DNA from: a virus | Lineage: Duplodnaviria; Heunggongvirae; Uroviricota; Caudoviricetes | Virus record (IMG/VR): IMGVR_UViG_3300005326_000042 | Location: 1-64,000 of that record | Reading direction: 5' to 3' (one strand) | DNA length: 64,000 nucleotides | Shown: positions 48,076-56,402 of the stretch, piece after piece | Layout: each line of letters starts with the position of its first letter | Position numbering within the stretch: the first letter of the stretch is position 1 | The notes under the pieces: generated by a model | The model's database searches: none | Seen by the model: the letters and a program-made list of their open reading frames with translations, nothing else | Told to the model about the DNA's origin: nothing | Made by a program: the position numbers and the translations under genes

Positions 48076-48617
48076 CACTGCCTGCCCCCAAATTTCTCTA
48101 GGATGGGCGTCAGACAAATGTCTAGCGCCATTCCTCGGAAATGGCATTCGTGCATTGTTACGAGCGACGCGACCGCACGCTCCTCCTCAATTTCTGGAGT
48201 GGTGACCTCCCCGAGGTCGATCAATGCCTGGACAACCCAGTCAGGCATGGTCTCTATCGGGGTCGCTGGCTCCTGTGGCCACCATGGGCACCCCTGATTT
48301 GGCGGGGTAACTCGGAATCGCTGTATCTTCCCATCTTGGAAAGATACGAACTGGTAATATTGATCGTTTATCCCATACCAGGTGGCAATTACGCAACCTG
48401 GATGAGCTTTCAGCCAGTTATCCCAATCGTCCCATCCCACTCGAAGGGATGTCTCCCCGGCTATTCTCTCATGATCCGTACTCGCTGTTATCCAGCGAGA
48501 GTCAGTCCCATGATGGGACTGAAACGTTTTGCTCTCACCCGGTTGGGGCTCTTTCCGCCCCTTCATACTATCTCTCATATTTGGCATAGCATCTACTAGT
48601 ATCTCATAGTATATCAA
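48075..48617 (-). CDS. hypothetical protein (GC-rich operon)
   Basis: Start uncertain (possibly internal MPNMRD). Confidence 0.35.
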   Translation of the reverse strand: MIYYEILVDAMPNMRDSMKGRKEPQPGESKTFQSHHGTDSRWITASTDHERIAGETSLRVGWDDWDNWLKAHPGCVIATWYGINDQYYQFVSFQDGKIQRFRVTPPNQGCPWWPQEPATPIETMPDWVVQALIDLGEVTTPEIEEERAVASLVTMHECHFRGMALDICLTPILEKFGGRQ

Positions 48618-49006
48618 TGTATCGCCTTAATCAGTGTGTACTTTTGCCACCTACCATTCAGGTACATCAAGCAGAACAAGGACTATAGGAATAGAAAACA
48701 ACGCCTACCGATATCGGTTATAAAACAGCAAAATCGACCCTCTGATATCGATGTGCTTCTAGGATAGAATCTTGGCTGGAAGTACATGATTATCGAGGTA
48801 GCTCTGCCCTCCAAAAGAGCTTTTCACAGATAACCAATAGCAGTAAAACCACGCACTGCGAACAATGGACGCCCCAATGACTGTTCATAAGAATCCAATC
48901 GGAGAAACTAACAATCGAAATTATCCTCATTGAGAAATAAAATCTACTAAAAGAGAAGAAACCATCCATCGAAATCTTTTTATAGTAATAGATATATTAA
49001 TTCATT

Positions 49007-49597
49007 ATGAAAAAGAAACTCAAAGAATCCTCCACAGATATTCCTCTCGATTCTATATCTATTGATCCAAACCTGTATTCTGATTCCAGCAGTAATACCA
49101 GCACAGACTACGAGGGTTTAACCACAAGCTCAAATGTGACTTTAGATCCAGAGGAAGGCCAATGGAACTATACAAACGAGTTGCCACCTCTAGAAGGAGC
49201 AAAGTATGAACCTTTTGATTTAACTCCTTTCTCTCCAGACGAAGAAAGAGAATTTATCCCCAGCAAGAAATCTGCTCGTTTCTATGGACAGCTCGAATTC
49301 CCTAAAAACGTAACCATAATTCGCGCTCCAGAAAAGGAATATCAATTCTCCTCTCTCCTCGCTGTAAATCAGATCTTGGATTCTCTAGAATTCAACACCA
49401 ACGATTCCCGCGCGGCAAGTGAGGCGGTTAGAAACGCACTGATTGCGAAGTTTCCGAATCTGCCTGTGGGTTTAGCAAAAGACGATTCTGGTTTTGTGGT
49501 AAACGTAATCTGGTTTGCGCCTAATGTGAGGAAATATTTTGATTACGGAACGAAGAGTTGGATGGTGTTTCATCCGAGCAATGTCGTGATGATTTGA
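49007..49597 (+). CDS. hypothetical Ser/Thr-rich protein
   Basis: Track ORF. Confidence 0.4.
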   Translation: MKKKLKESSTDIPLDSISIDPNLYSDSSSNTSTDYEGLTTSSNVTLDPEEGQWNYTNELPPLEGAKYEPFDLTPFSPDEEREFIPSKKSARFYGQLEFPKNVTIIRAPEKEYQFSSLLAVNQILDSLEFNTNDSRAASEAVRNALIAKFPNLPVGLAKDDSGFVVNVIWFAPNVRKYFDYGTKSWMVFHPSNVVMI

Positions 49598-49705
49598 ATT
49601 CTGGATTTAAATATTTGGAGTATTTGGAAAGGATCAAAAGATGTAGTGTAGCATACGAAAGTTGGAAGAAAATTGTAGATAATTTTGGTAAAAAGGTGAT
49701 AAAAG

Positions 49706-49909
49706 ATGAGTGAAGATGGATGTTGTTCTGATGAAAAGTGTTGTTCCTCAGAAGATGAATGTAAAATAGTTGTATGTGAAGCTTGTGAAAATAAGGGATG
49801 GCAACTTAATCTGGTAACAGGAATGAACGAGATATGTCAGGTTTGTTGCGGCTCAGGAATTCGGTTTAAGTGTAATTGCGGAGACATTCCGAGTTATGAT
49901 ATGTTTTGA
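49706..49909 (+). CDS. Cys-rich small protein
   Basis: CC..EKCC...C..CEAC...CQVCCGSG..FKCNCG. Confidence 0.4.
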   Translation: MSEDGCCSDEKCCSSEDECKIVVCEACENKGWQLNLVTGMNEICQVCCGSGIRFKCNCGDIPSYDMF

Positions 49910-49922
49910 AGGGTGATGAGAA

Positions 49923-50300
49923 GTGAGAAAGCTGAAATGTGCAAATTGTTCTAAAATTGTAGAAACCGAAAAAGAATTGAAGAAATATGTGTGCCCCTCT
50001 TGTGGCGCAATAAATACCCCTGAAGATCCTAATGCTGGTTTTGGAGATCAAGCGTGTGGTTGTCTCTTACCGGATGGGTTTGAGTTCAGGCTACCAGCGG
50101 GCAAGATAGGAAACAAATTTACTGGATATAAGTACATTAGTCCTGATAATGGCGACGAGTTAACTAAGACTGAATGGATGCTCTCATTTGGACTTGACCC
50201 AGATTTGGCTCTGGAATATATGAGGTCAAATGCTGCCGCAGATGAGAGAGATGATGATGTGGATCTGTCCACTCTCGGCAAGAAGAAGGTGAGAAAGTGA
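49923..50300 (+). CDS. zinc-ribbon protein
   Basis: CANCS...CPSCG. Confidence 0.4.
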   Translation: MRKLKCANCSKIVETEKELKKYVCPSCGAINTPEDPNAGFGDQACGCLLPDGFEFRLPAGKIGNKFTGYKYISPDNGDELTKTEWMLSFGLDPDLALEYMRSNAAADERDDDVDLSTLGKKKVRK

Positions 50301-50713
50301 GACTTCTTTTAACTATCCTCCTTTTGGTTTCTCTAATTTCTGTTTCTCTTGCTGCTCCAATCGCACTGAAGCCAGATGAGATTGTTAAGAACCATAAAGG
50401 ATTAGCACCCGAAAAAGTGGATCTTTCTTGGACGGATGAAGGGGCTCTTGGAGAGATAGATGGTTCTATGAATCATTTATCTTCCTGGAAACCGATAGTT
50501 ATTCCTAGTTTTGGTCATTATAATACTGAATCTCTTGGTGTTACTCAGGAAAAGAGCGTCGGAATACCAACTGGACTCATAAATTTCAGTAAAACAATTG
50601 AGCCGATCCCAGTGAGCATAAAAGAGACAAATTATCTCCTTGAGCTTAATTTGTCTGAGTTAAACAACACAAACGTAACTGAAATTAGTTCTAAAGATTG
50701 GGTTTATCTATGA
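50297..50713 (+). CDS. secreted protein
   Basis: Signal peptide LLLTILLLVSLISVSLAAP. Confidence 0.45.
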   Translation: MRLLLTILLLVSLISVSLAAPIALKPDEIVKNHKGLAPEKVDLSWTDEGALGEIDGSMNHLSSWKPIVIPSFGHYNTESLGVTQEKSVGIPTGLINFSKTIEPIPVSIKETNYLLELNLSELNNTNVTEISSKDWVYL

Positions 50714-50725
50714 GATAAAGTCTAA

Positions 50726-51538
50726 TTATACTACATATTTTTTACTAAGGTTGCAGTTAGCACATTCTAATCTGTAATCTTCTTTCAGAGTTTCGGGCCA
50801 ACCTTGTTGGTAGAATCTTTCTAATAATCTGATTCCAGTCTTTTCTCCGTTTTTTCTTTGCTCCGCCCCATCGTTGTGAATGTGGGAGATTGTTAAAAAT
50901 TTTAGTTCTGATATTCCACAAGGGCAAGGACCGAAGAAATCAAATGCCATCTTCCAAAATTTAGTTTGTCGTCTTTGTTGTCTTGTCTGGAGGGTGGGTG
51001 GAAAATCTAAATATTCTTTTGTCCTTCCAAGATTATGATTATAACACAATACCCTTAAATTAGATAATTTTTCTTGTGGATAAATCTTATTTAAAATTGC
51101 AGAATATAAAGATATACTATATAATCCGTCTTTCCTATCTAGGTGTCCTGTTTTATCGATATGATCTATTGACAGAAAGTCCACGTTGGTCACATCACAA
51201 AGACTACATTTACAGCCTCCAAGAACATTTAATACCTGAATCTTTATGTTTTTTCGATATTCTTTTACTTTATATTTATTTTTTTCTTTCTGTTCTTTTA
51301 TTTTTTCTCTATTTTCTTTATAATAACTTTCTTGATATTCTTTTATTTTATGCTTGTTTTCTTCCCGATATTCTTTTTGTCTTTTTCTATTGTGTTCATC
51401 GCTCCAATAAGATATTGTAGACTTACCCACTCCACACTCTTTTGCAACTTGTCTTTGGTTCTTTTTCAAAACATTTAATTGATAATCCAACCATTCTTTA
51501 TCTCGATAAAGAGGTTCTTCTTTCTTAAAACCACTCAT
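50726..51538 (-). CDS. HTH + double HNH-motif endonuclease, paralog 2
   Basis: Same architecture as 40006..40875 (KEWLDYQ...VAKECGV...TISYW; LRVLCYNHN; ECANCN). Confidence 0.6.
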   Translation of the reverse strand: MSGFKKEEPLYRDKEWLDYQLNVLKKNQRQVAKECGVGKSTISYWSDEHNRKRQKEYREENKHKIKEYQESYYKENREKIKEQKEKNKYKVKEYRKNIKIQVLNVLGGCKCSLCDVTNVDFLSIDHIDKTGHLDRKDGLYSISLYSAILNKIYPQEKLSNLRVLCYNHNLGRTKEYLDFPPTLQTRQQRRQTKFWKMAFDFFGPCPCGISELKFLTISHIHNDGAEQRKNGEKTGIRLLERFYQQGWPETLKEDYRLECANCNLSKKYVV

Positions 51539-51696
51539 ATAACCAACTCTGGAAAAGGAAACGTTTCTCTGTATTTTTCTTTAATTATTTGCCTTAAAAA
51601 CGCGGCTTCAGAGAGTTCATTAAAATCTGAAAGTTTAGAAAGCATTTTTCGGGTTTCTGGTTTCATCCGAAACCCAACCATAACAGTATCTGACAT
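51535..51696 (-). CDS. ribbon-helix-helix protein coupled to HNH paralog 2
   Basis: VMVGFRMKPETRKMLSKLSDFNELSEAAFLRQII; ATGA overlap with HNH start. Confidence 0.45.
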   Translation of the reverse strand: MSDTVMVGFRMKPETRKMLSKLSDFNELSEAAFLRQIIKEKYRETFPFPELVI

Positions 51697-51974
51697 AGTT
51701 AACACCAAATAAAATTATTTTTATAATAATATAAACTATTAGTATTTAAATGTTTCGCTAGAATTAACCGAAAGTTTTAAATATTAAAAGTGATGATAGA
51801 TAATATCACGGAGATTTAAAAATGACAGATCTAGAATGGTTCTGTTGGATTGCTTATCAAGAAAATATGTGGAGCAAAGATCTAGAAATCTCTGAATACA
51901 TCCATGTTTTAATTGAAGAAACAAATTGGTCTAATTTACAGAATGGACCTATTTGCGGAATTTAAAAAAAGAAA

Positions 51975-52271
51975 TTAAAGGTAGGGATTAACAGACCCTA
52001 CGTACAAAATAGGTTTAGAAACATTTATGGGCTTTCCCAAGTCTTTACCGCTATTTAAAAATGCGTAAATGGACGGCGTATACACAGAACCGACTGCATC
52101 AACAGGTTTCATGCTCATAAAATAAGGCTCATCGAATACAGAAGCTTGCAGTCCAGATAGAGAAACTATTCCATCTTCTCCAATCGCGAATTTTGTTTTC
52201 TCATCGACCTGTCCACCACTGCCGCCCGCAAGAATTGCAAGTGCCGCGAGTAATAGAATTATTGTTTTCAT
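51975..52271 (-). CDS. secreted protein
   Basis: Signal peptide MKTIILLLAALAILAGGSGG. Confidence 0.45.
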   Translation of the reverse strand: MKTIILLLAALAILAGGSGGQVDEKTKFAIGEDGIVSLSGLQASVFDEPYFMSMKPVDAVGSVYTPSIYAFLNSGKDLGKPINVSKPILYVGSVNPYL

Positions 52272-52302
52272 AAAACATTACCTCTAGGATGTTAAATATC
52301 TC

Positions 52303-52572
52303 TCATTCTATAAAAAGTTGGTGGTCGTCATATTTCTTTTGGAATCCTTCTTTCTCAGATAACATCTCTTTCTTATGTTCTTCTAAGACATTAATAGAAC
52401 ATTGGATTGCTAATACTAATTGAAGTTGACTTGAAGGTGCTCTCATTCTATTCTTGAGAAGACCAATGGCAAAATTGAGAGAAATGATGCTCTGCTCTAA
52501 TTCAAATATTTTGCTTATTAAATTATTCATCTCGGAGACCGTCTTCCTCCACTTAACTTCTGATTCATTCAT
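52303..52572 (-). CDS. hypothetical coiled-coil protein
   Basis: Track ORF. Confidence 0.4.
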   Translation of the reverse strand: MNESEVKWRKTVSEMNNLISKIFELEQSIISLNFAIGLLKNRMRAPSSQLQLVLAIQCSINVLEEHKKEMLSEKEGFQKKYDDHQLFIE

Positions 52573-52798
52573 CTAAATACACCCTCGACTCCCTAATCTC
52601 AATACCCTCCATCTCAGAAATCATTCTCTCAATCTCCGCCACAGAAACACCTAACATCCAGGCAACGAAACCTAACGCTGGAGGATGTTTTCCGTGGGTG
52701 TTACAATCTTGGAGAAGTCTTAGAAGATCTTGTTTTGTTGGTTCGTAAATTGTGTCTTTAGAAAAGGTTAACATTTTACTCAATACGATCACATCCAT
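52565..52798 (-). CDS. hypothetical protein
   Basis: Track ORF. Confidence 0.4.
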   Translation of the reverse strand: MDVIVLSKMLTFSKDTIYEPTKQDLLRLLQDCNTHGKHPPALGFVAWMLGVSVAEIERMISEMEGIEIRESRVYLDE

Positions 52799-53126
52799 TC
52801 AAATGGGAGAACATATCCTTTACCCGACGATCATCTCCGTTTATACCTATTATATCACATTGGTGGCATTTATATGGCGATATAGAGTAACCTAGAAGTA
52901 CTCCATGCTTCTTACATTTCCACTCAGAGAGAGTTCGTCGCAATATCCTATATCAGAACATTTGCCGCAAGGATATCTCATCTATCGTCACCTATCATTT
53001 CCTCAAGCCTTTTGATCCGCTTTTCTAATTGTTTAATCGCTTCTTTATAATTTCTATTTTGAATTGGATTCCGTCCAAAACACCTGCAATCCTCATATTC
53101 CTCGCCGCAGCGTCTACAATGGTCGC

Positions 53127-53600
53127 TCATTCAAATATCTCCTCATTAATCTCATATTTCCCTTTAACCCGAACACATTTCGGATATGTCATAATTTCCT
53201 TAACCTTAAAGGATCTCTCTTCGGATTTATACTTTTCGTAAACATCTAAAAAAGGAACAAAATAAGAGATTCTTTTCTTCCCTACTCCCTCTCTGCACTC
53301 AACTACGAGGTATCCCTTGCGCCCTGAAAAATCTAGGAAAAAATGTTCTTTGTCAATTTGATGCACACCTTCTGATTCTGAGAATCTTGAACGAAAATTT
53401 AGTGTACCATATTTTGCAGTATTGATAGATTTACATTCTAGAAAGTAGTAGTATTTTTTGTCCGCGCTGTCGCTTAGAATGTCCGCCCATTGCCCTTTAG
53501 AATATTGTGATTGAAACAAACGGTAGCAGAGGGCTTTAATGTTATTTTCTTTATAAAAAAAGTTTAGAGATTTCGCAATCTCGTTTTCCATTGAGGTCAT
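53127..53600 (-). CDS. PD-(D/E)xK nuclease-like protein (Hjc/RecB-family-like, tentative)
   Basis: DILSDSADKKYYYFLECKS and LVVECREG resemble D-x(n)-E-x-K core. Confidence 0.35.
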   Translation of the reverse strand: MTSMENEIAKSLNFFYKENNIKALCYRLFQSQYSKGQWADILSDSADKKYYYFLECKSINTAKYGTLNFRSRFSESEGVHQIDKEHFFLDFSGRKGYLVVECREGVGKKRISYFVPFLDVYEKYKSEERSFKVKEIMTYPKCVRVKGKYEINEEIFE

Positions 53601-53633
53601 TAAATAAATATAATATTCTTTAACTATTTAAAT

Positions 53634-53834
53634 TTAACTAATCAAATCCTTCAGTTCCCCAATCAACCTCACAACATCCTCGTGCGAGAGAAGGACACTT
53701 GTCCAATGTTGATCTCTTTCTCTCCAAACGAGAACTTCAAAGGTTCCCGCATCTTTATCTGCGGGGCTAAAAGAAACTGTATTTTTACATTCTCCGCAAA
53801 CGCATTTGAAATCGGTCATAACAACACTACCCAA
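53634..53834 (-). CDS. hypothetical Cys-containing small protein
   Basis: Track ORF. Confidence 0.35.
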   Translation of the reverse strand: MGSVVMTDFKCVCGECKNTVSFSPADKDAGTFEVLVWRERDQHWTSVLLSHEDVVRLIGELKDLIS

Positions 53835-53861
53835 CTCTTACCAAACAATTCAACATACATT

Positions 53862-54245
53862 TTACTCACCATATAGCCACTCAAAGAAATCTAAATACAT
53901 AGAATAAAAATAACTTACGGGTTCTTGAATATCTTCCCAATTAGTTAAGGTTTCGTGGCTTAGTGTTTCTCGAAGTTCCTCTTTTCTATCTAATCTTCCT
54001 CTTTTGCCGCCTTTGAGGGGTTTCTTTCTGGTGTTTAACCTGCTCTGGGTACACCAAGAGCATTTGCAATGACCCTCGGTTTGTTTATAGGGATGGTATC
54101 CGATCCAAGGAAGGAACCATTTTGTGTATTTATACTCCAGCTCCTTGAGATCTTCGGCAGTAAGTTTTTGGCTCTTAATCCATCCCTTAAAACCTGGGCC
54201 GCCAATGATGGGTTCTTTATTGTAGGTTCTTCGCGTTTTGGTCAT
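53862..54245 (-). CDS. hypothetical basic protein
   Basis: Start moved to MTKTRRTY so it does not read through the tRNA-like element. Confidence 0.4.
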   Translation of the reverse strand: MTKTRRTYNKEPIIGGPGFKGWIKSQKLTAEDLKELEYKYTKWFLPWIGYHPYKQTEGHCKCSWCTQSRLNTRKKPLKGGKRGRLDRKEELRETLSHETLTNWEDIQEPVSYFYSMYLDFFEWLYGE

Positions 54246-54248
54246 ATA

Positions 54249-54296
54249 CGGGCGCGGCAAGAATCGAACTTGCTATGAAAACCAACTTTCGCGCCC
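54249..54296 (-). other. tRNA-derived minihelix (acceptor stem + T-arm only)
   Basis: GGGCGCG-AAAGTTGGTTTTCATA-GCAAG-TTCGATT-CTTGC-CGCGCCC-G: perfect 7-bp acceptor helix and 5-bp T-stem with TTCGATT loop; no D or anticodon arm. Confidence 0.45.
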
Positions 54297-54365
54297 AAAA
54301 AAAATAAATAAAACTAGGCAACCCCGCCTAGCCAAAGGATAGATCTATGCCTCCAAAATCCTTCC

Positions 54366-54773
54366 TCACATCAACCCCCAACTATCCCTCAATATCCCAT
54401 CGTACACGGCGTCCATATCAGGCTCTTGCCAGTTTTCTACATTCGTGTTTAGGGTGAATAGTAGGTCATAATCCATGCTGAACCAATCTGACATCATCGG
54501 GTCATAGAAATCGTTGTAAACGCTCTGAATCCCATCAAGATTATCCGTAGTCTGCTGGCTTGTGGTATCTGTGAAGAATATTGAACCATCGTCTCCGACT
54601 ACCATCTCCGAGTTCATGAATACGTCTTGCCAGGTTACTAGATTGTTGTTATCTCCCCAATAGTTGTCTCCCTCCAACAATGGATCTGTATATGCCATCG
54701 TCGTTGGTATTCCTACCGCTATACCTGCTGCCAGTATCAGCAGCAACACTATTCTATATGCTTGCATTTTCAT
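54366..54773 (-). CDS. secreted protein
   Basis: Signal peptide MKMQAYRIVLLLILAAGIAVG. Confidence 0.45.
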   Translation of the reverse strand: MKMQAYRIVLLLILAAGIAVGIPTTMAYTDPLLEGDNYWGDNNNLVTWQDVFMNSEMVVGDDGSIFFTDTTSQQTTDNLDGIQSVYNDFYDPMMSDWFSMDYDLLFTLNTNVENWQEPDMDAVYDGILRDSWGLM

Positions 54774-55053
54774 ACCTCAGTGTCGAATTAAAATCATTAA
54801 ATATAGCCATCCCGTTCGAATTTGCTCTCATCGCCCGCGTTTCTGTGATTGTGCCATTCCTGGTTAGAGCCACAACCACGCTATAATTTCCGCTTTCCTG
54901 CCAGGCGATAAATGTTAGCCCATCATCACTTAGATTTCCAACGAAACCTTTTACCACCAAAGGGTTTCCCTTTGTGTCATATGGAAGACGTATTGCTGCG
55001 GTCGCTGTTGTCATTAATAGCAGGAGTATTAATATTATTGGTATGGCTTTCAT
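54754..55053 (-). CDS. secreted/membrane protein
   Basis: Internal start MKAIPIILILLLLMTTATAA taken as true start. Confidence 0.35.
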   Translation of the reverse strand: MKAIPIILILLLLMTTATAAIRLPYDTKGNPLVVKGFVGNLSDDGLTFIAWQESGNYSVVVALTRNGTITETRAMRANSNGMAIFNDFNSTLRYENASI

Positions 55054-55235
55054 GTCTTTTCCCTCTTTAACCGCTCTATTTCGTCCTTCAACCGTTCTAT
55101 CTCTACCATCAGTTTCGGGTAGTCCTTGATTAATGCGTTCAGTGCCCTCCCTTGGTTTGAATGTCTCTCTTGTATCTTGTAATCTTTGAGTATATTGTGT
55201 GCTTCGTCGTCTAAGTCCTCGTTGATCTTTGGCAT
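55050..55235 (-). CDS. coiled-coil small protein
   Basis: Track ORF. Confidence 0.35.
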   Translation of the reverse strand: MPKINEDLDDEAHNILKDYKIQERHSNQGRALNALIKDYPKLMVEIERLKDEIERLKREKT

Positions 55236-55258
55236 AAGTAATTATTAGGTAATTATTA

Positions 55259-55627
55259 CTACTTAAAACTTTGCTCTCCCGAAGAAGTTTTATACGGAAC
55301 AATCTTTAATCCAGTGACATACATATTCAATCTGAGAACTTTTACGTCATTTTTAACAGAAGTGATTACTTCTCCAGAAAATCCTACAAATATTGGTTCT
55401 TCATTAGGTCCAGTTTTCATATAATGAAGATTTTCTATGAACTTCGAGTCCTCAGATGTTACAATCCTTGCGGAAATAGTAATATCCGTATAAAGCCCAT
55501 CTTCTCCATGAATGTAGTAGATAGCTTTTGCCAAACTTTTGTCTATTAAATCCACAATAACGGATTCTCTTTGAGTTTTTAGCTCTTCCATCTGGGTTTC
55601 ATTATTTTTGAGGTCAGAAATTTTCAT
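55259..55627 (-). CDS. hypothetical protein
   Basis: Track ORF. Confidence 0.4.
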   Translation of the reverse strand: MKISDLKNNETQMEELKTQRESVIVDLIDKSLAKAIYYIHGEDGLYTDITISARIVTSEDSKFIENLHYMKTGPNEEPIFVGFSGEVITSVKNDVKVLRLNMYVTGLKIVPYKTSSGEQSFK

Positions 55628-55786
55628 TTATAATCTCCTGAGCGTAATATCTTTTAAAATTATCTCTTCTTTCGCGAAGGAATCTACGAATTTTCCAAGT
55701 CAAACAATGTCGGCACGCGGAGAATTTGTTTAATCTCGCGTGGCCTGAGTTGCGGAGGGTGTGAGACATGATAAGATTTTCCTACT

Positions 55787-55963
55787 TCAACTCTTATCAA
55801 ACATTTCCTCCATTGGAATTTCTACAGGGGCCCAATCTTTCTGTCCTTCAAGTTTATAATATCCTACAAAAGACAACTCCTGTAATTCATTTTCTTTAAA
55901 ATGTGCTTTAATTCCTATATCTTCACTGAAGATGATGGTAACGTATCCGTACATAGATATCAT
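55787..55963 (-). CDS. hypothetical protein
   Basis: Track ORF trimmed to internal ATG so it does not translate the tRNA. Confidence 0.35.
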   Translation of the reverse strand: MISMYGYVTIIFSEDIGIKAHFKENELQELSFVGYYKLEGQKDWAPVEIPMEEMFDKS

Positions 55964-56076
55964 GGGCAAGGTAGGATTTGAACCCACATCGCGAGTTTTG
56001 GAACACACGACATCGGTCGTGTTAGAGCAAAACTAAAGTTTTGCGACTCGCTACTTATCCAATTAGTGACATGCCC
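55963..56076 (-). tRNA. putative intron-containing tRNA (anticodon CCA/Trp or CAA/Leu depending on intron placement)
   Basis: 5' GGGCATG pairs with 3' CTTGCCC + discriminator A; T-arm GTGGG-TTCAAAT-CCTAC; anticodon stem CGAGT/ACTCG; about 42-nt insert with two perfect 7-bp hairpins; 114 nt; no encoded CCA. Confidence 0.5.
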
Positions 56077-56402
56077 GATAAATTTTGAACTGTTAACCTT
56101 CTTTCAGCTATATCGATCTCAACTATGTAGCATATTTTTGGTGGTTGAGTTTCTGATATTCGCTTACTCTGGGCTGCAACCCGCGTCCATACACAGCAAG
56201 GTTTGGACTCCAGTTATTAGATGCTGGCAAACTCTTTGGACACCAGATCCCAATCTAAAACGTTGGGTCAGCAAATCATATTCCAGAGGTGGAATCAATG
56301 CCAATATCTGGGTTATCTTTTGATAACTATGAACCGGAAACGAATTAATTCGTTTCCGACGTTTTATCTGCGGAGTTAGCTTGCCTCCACTGAAGAATAT
56401 AC

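Noticed and set aside
44298-48599. Long ORFs antisense or overlapping in the GC-rich block (44298..44750, 44348..44623, 44878..45075, 45567..45887, 45583..45798, 46670..46855, 47580..47795, 47975..48205, 48025..48297, 48141..48599)
   Set aside because: High GC suppresses stop codons in all frames. These overlap well-supported fibre and tailspike genes, or the minus-strand operon, and show no motifs.
54249-54296. attP site of an integrated element
   Set aside because: No integrase or recombinase gene is visible in this window. It is kept as a tRNA-derived minihelix finding with attP as one unproven explanation.
55963-56076. Group I intron in the tRNA
   Set aside because: The insert is only about 42 nt, far too short for a group I intron. 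It fits an archaeal-type spliced intron or an otherwise unusual tRNA.
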